The notes beneath the pieces were generated by a model. That model searched no databases, was not told where the DNA came from, and saw only the letters and a list, made by a program, of their open reading frames with translations. Both the position numbers and the translations under genes were made by a program. Below are positions 62,239-64,000 of a stretch of DNA of 64,000 nucleotides, one piece after another. This stretch comes from Chrysomallon squamiferum (taxonomy: Eukaryota > Animalia > Mollusca). Position 1 is the first letter of the stretch. Each line of letters opens with the position of its first letter. The stretch lies in assembly GCA_012295275.1 (NCBI GenBank), contig CM022675.1, forward strand, positions 8,866,001 to 8,930,000. Reading direction: 5' to 3'.

Positions 62239-63876
62239 TTTTTCTATCTATTTCAGAAATCACTGGAAAACTCTGAAAGGCACAACAACAACGGCGTCCT
62301 GACACACGACAGCGACAGCCACCCTGATGCCAGCTCTGTCAGCTCCAGCCTCAGCGATGACAGCTCCGGGAACGACGATGTCGGAAGATCATCGTCATCG
62401 ATCATGACAGACTTTGAGAAGAAAGCCGGGGCCCTAGCTCACCAAATAGACGGGCTGAAGAAAAAACTCCTAGCTGACCAGATCAGACACAGGATGCAGT
62501 CGAAAGCAGGCAGTCCATCATCATCATCATCGCTGTTGTCATCATCGTTATCGTCATCGCAGAACTTGCATAATAAGAACAGAGGCCATCGCGTGAAGTC
62601 GACGAAAAGTCTGTTGTCAAATAATTTGTCATTGCAGGATTCGGAGGTGATTAGCTTGTTCATGTATTTTAGTGTCTGTGTGATCCTGAATTTTTCATAT
62701 ATTTAGTTCCATATATTTAGTCTCTGTATCATCCTATATGTTTTATATATTTAGTTTCATATATTTAAGCATCTACAGGGTGTCCACAAAGTCTGGGTAC
62801 ATAAGGGATTAACACATGCTTTTAAAATAAAATAGTTTTATTTAATTCTAATGTTAATAAATAATGTTTTCAATATGATTTCCATCACTTTCAATGCATA
62901 ATTCTTTAGACAGAGCCATCATTTGATCTGGGTAAGAAAAATAACATAAATAAATAACATAGTAAAATTCCCCATGTACCCAGACTTTGTGGACACCCTG
63001 TATTTTGTATTTTTCATATATTTAGAATCTATATCATCCTATATTTTTCATCTATTTAGCACCTATATCATTCTATATTTTTCATCTATATAGTTTCATA
63101 TATTTAGAATCTATATCGTTCTATATTTTTCATCTATTTCGTTTCTGTATCATGCCTGTTGAGCCAGAATATTTTTATGTTGAGTTTTTTTTAGCCATCT
63201 TTTCTTTTTCCCCTAGTTTATTAAAATTAATAGTGTTATTGATTTCAAGTGTGCAGATTTTATTAAAATTGAAAAATGAGATCTGTTTTTTTATAACAAT
63301 CGGTAATGTTAACTGATTTTATACTGTTTACTTATTAGGCAATCATTAATTTTTAAAAAATAATCAAAAGTATTCAAAAAGAATCAAAATAAAAAAATAA
63401 ATAAATAAAAAAAATAAAAATTGTATTCATTTATAAGAATATTTACTTCCTTATTTCTTTGTAGTCACATATATTTTTCATTATTTGGGTTCTTTAATTT
63501 ATTTCTAAATTTTTAATTACTAAATTTTGTATTAGTTTTTAGTTTATTTTTTTTATAAATCAGTTAATTAATCTATTATTCTAAATTCATTAATTAATTT
63601 TATCAGCAACAGAAACACAGGCAGCAGGAGCTCAAAATGCAGCTTGAAGCTGAACTCAAACAACAACAACTGAACTTAAAACTGATGAGGAAAAAACAGA
63701 AAGAAAAGTCTGACGAGCAGCAGCAGCATCAACAACAACAACAGCAGCAGCATCAGCAGCATCTAGAACAGCCCACAGCATCAACATCATCATTGTCATT
63801 AACCAGTCATTCATTGAGTCACACGTCCAGTCCAACATCATCACTAAAACTTCACATCAGCAAATCAGTTTTACAG
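55053..63876 (+). CDS. BAZ2B: BAZ2B/toutatis-like chromatin protein, N-terminal part; exons 55053-55125, 56157-56339, 57697-57885, 61155-61450, 62257-62646, 63607-63876; continues beyond the window
   Basis: Phase-consistent GT-AG chain reading MSKEEKSSPSPSGHGLFDATNHLLG-PPP...FFGSLG...-GAEWWRSASEH...-S-rich/acidic-polyQ. GAEWWR and FGxLG recall the vertebrate BAZ2B N-terminus, and GLFDA recalls fly toutatis GLLDAA. The diagnostic MBD/DDT/PHD/bromo domains are not in the window. Confidence 0.7.
56157..56339 (+). CDS. BAZ2B: BAZ2B-like coding exon 2
   Basis: Strong polypyrimidine acceptor, GPPPISSD...GTNPIT, donor GTGAGA, phase 1 to 1. Confidence 0.85.
57697..57885 (+). CDS. BAZ2B: BAZ2B-like coding exon 3
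   Basis: GGAEWWRSASEHARRLAGG...RSPNDVDS, donor GTAAGA, phase 1 to 1. Confidence 0.75.
60090..61122. repeat. ~1-kb compound (AAT)n microsatellite with higher-order ~110-120 bp units
   Basis: AAAATTAATAAATTTAATAAAAATGATGATGATAATAGTAATAATAGTAAC recurring; produces spurious poly-N/I/L ORFs. Confidence 0.9.
61155..61450 (+). CDS. BAZ2B: BAZ2B-like coding exon 4
   Basis: SLLSGAVKQMAEHAAAL...RKRKPK...ERSILK, donor GTGAGG. Confidence 0.8.
62257..62646 (+). CDS. BAZ2B: BAZ2B-like coding exon 5
   Basis: KSLENSERH...SLQDSE, 390 nt, TTTCAG/GTGATT. Confidence 0.85.
62776..63000. mobile_element. Intact Tc1/mariner-type MITE (225 bp)
   Basis: Perfect 27-bp TIRs CAGGGTGTCCACAAAGTCTGGGTACAT (62776-62802 and 62974-63000) with TA target duplications at 62774-75 and 63001-02. 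Confidence 0.93.
63607..63876 (+). CDS. BAZ2B: BAZ2B-like coding exon 6
   Basis: QQKHRQQELKMQLEAELK...polyQ...KSVLQ, donor GTAGGT. Confidence 0.8.
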
Positions 63877-63889
63877 GTAGGTTACTTTT

Positions 63890-63952
<63 letters not shown>

Positions 63953-64000
63953 TTTGTCTTTGTCTTTGTCTTTGTCTGTGTGATTGTGTTTATGTGTTTT

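Overview
This is AT-rich, microsatellite-rich metazoan nuclear DNA, probably from a lophotrochozoan or mollusc (inference from intron style and repeats). The ORF track is mostly noise; the real genes are spliced and were reconstructed by hand from GT-AG boundaries and reading phase. Four genes are present. (1) The first two exons of JAZF1 (minus, running off the left edge) lie head-to-head with (2) a complete nuclear gene for ATP synthase Fo subunit c (plus, CDS 2304-5044, 153 aa). (3) HELLS/LSH SNF2 remodeller (minus, CDS 7583-19957) has 19 intact coding exons. (4) The 5' part of a BAZ2B/toutatis-like gene (plus) has a putative non-coding first exon near 29.4-29.7 kb, a ~25 kb first intron and coding exons from 55053 to beyond the right edge. 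Main anomalies: the HELLS exon encoding the conserved PFxLRRxKxDV..PPKKE..YAPL segment is present only as several decayed copies, one with an in-frame TAA; and JAZF1 exon 2 is one base short, giving a frameshift. The divergent JAZF1/ATP5MC pair matches the order inferred for the ancestral vertebrate Hox-linked block. Also present: an orphan promoter-like island, candidate alternative first exons, MITEs, many intronic minisatellites and a long intronic hairpin. No rRNA, tRNA or CRISPR was recognised. Nothing here demonstrates a new biological system; the HELLS and JAZF1 lesions may be assembly errors.
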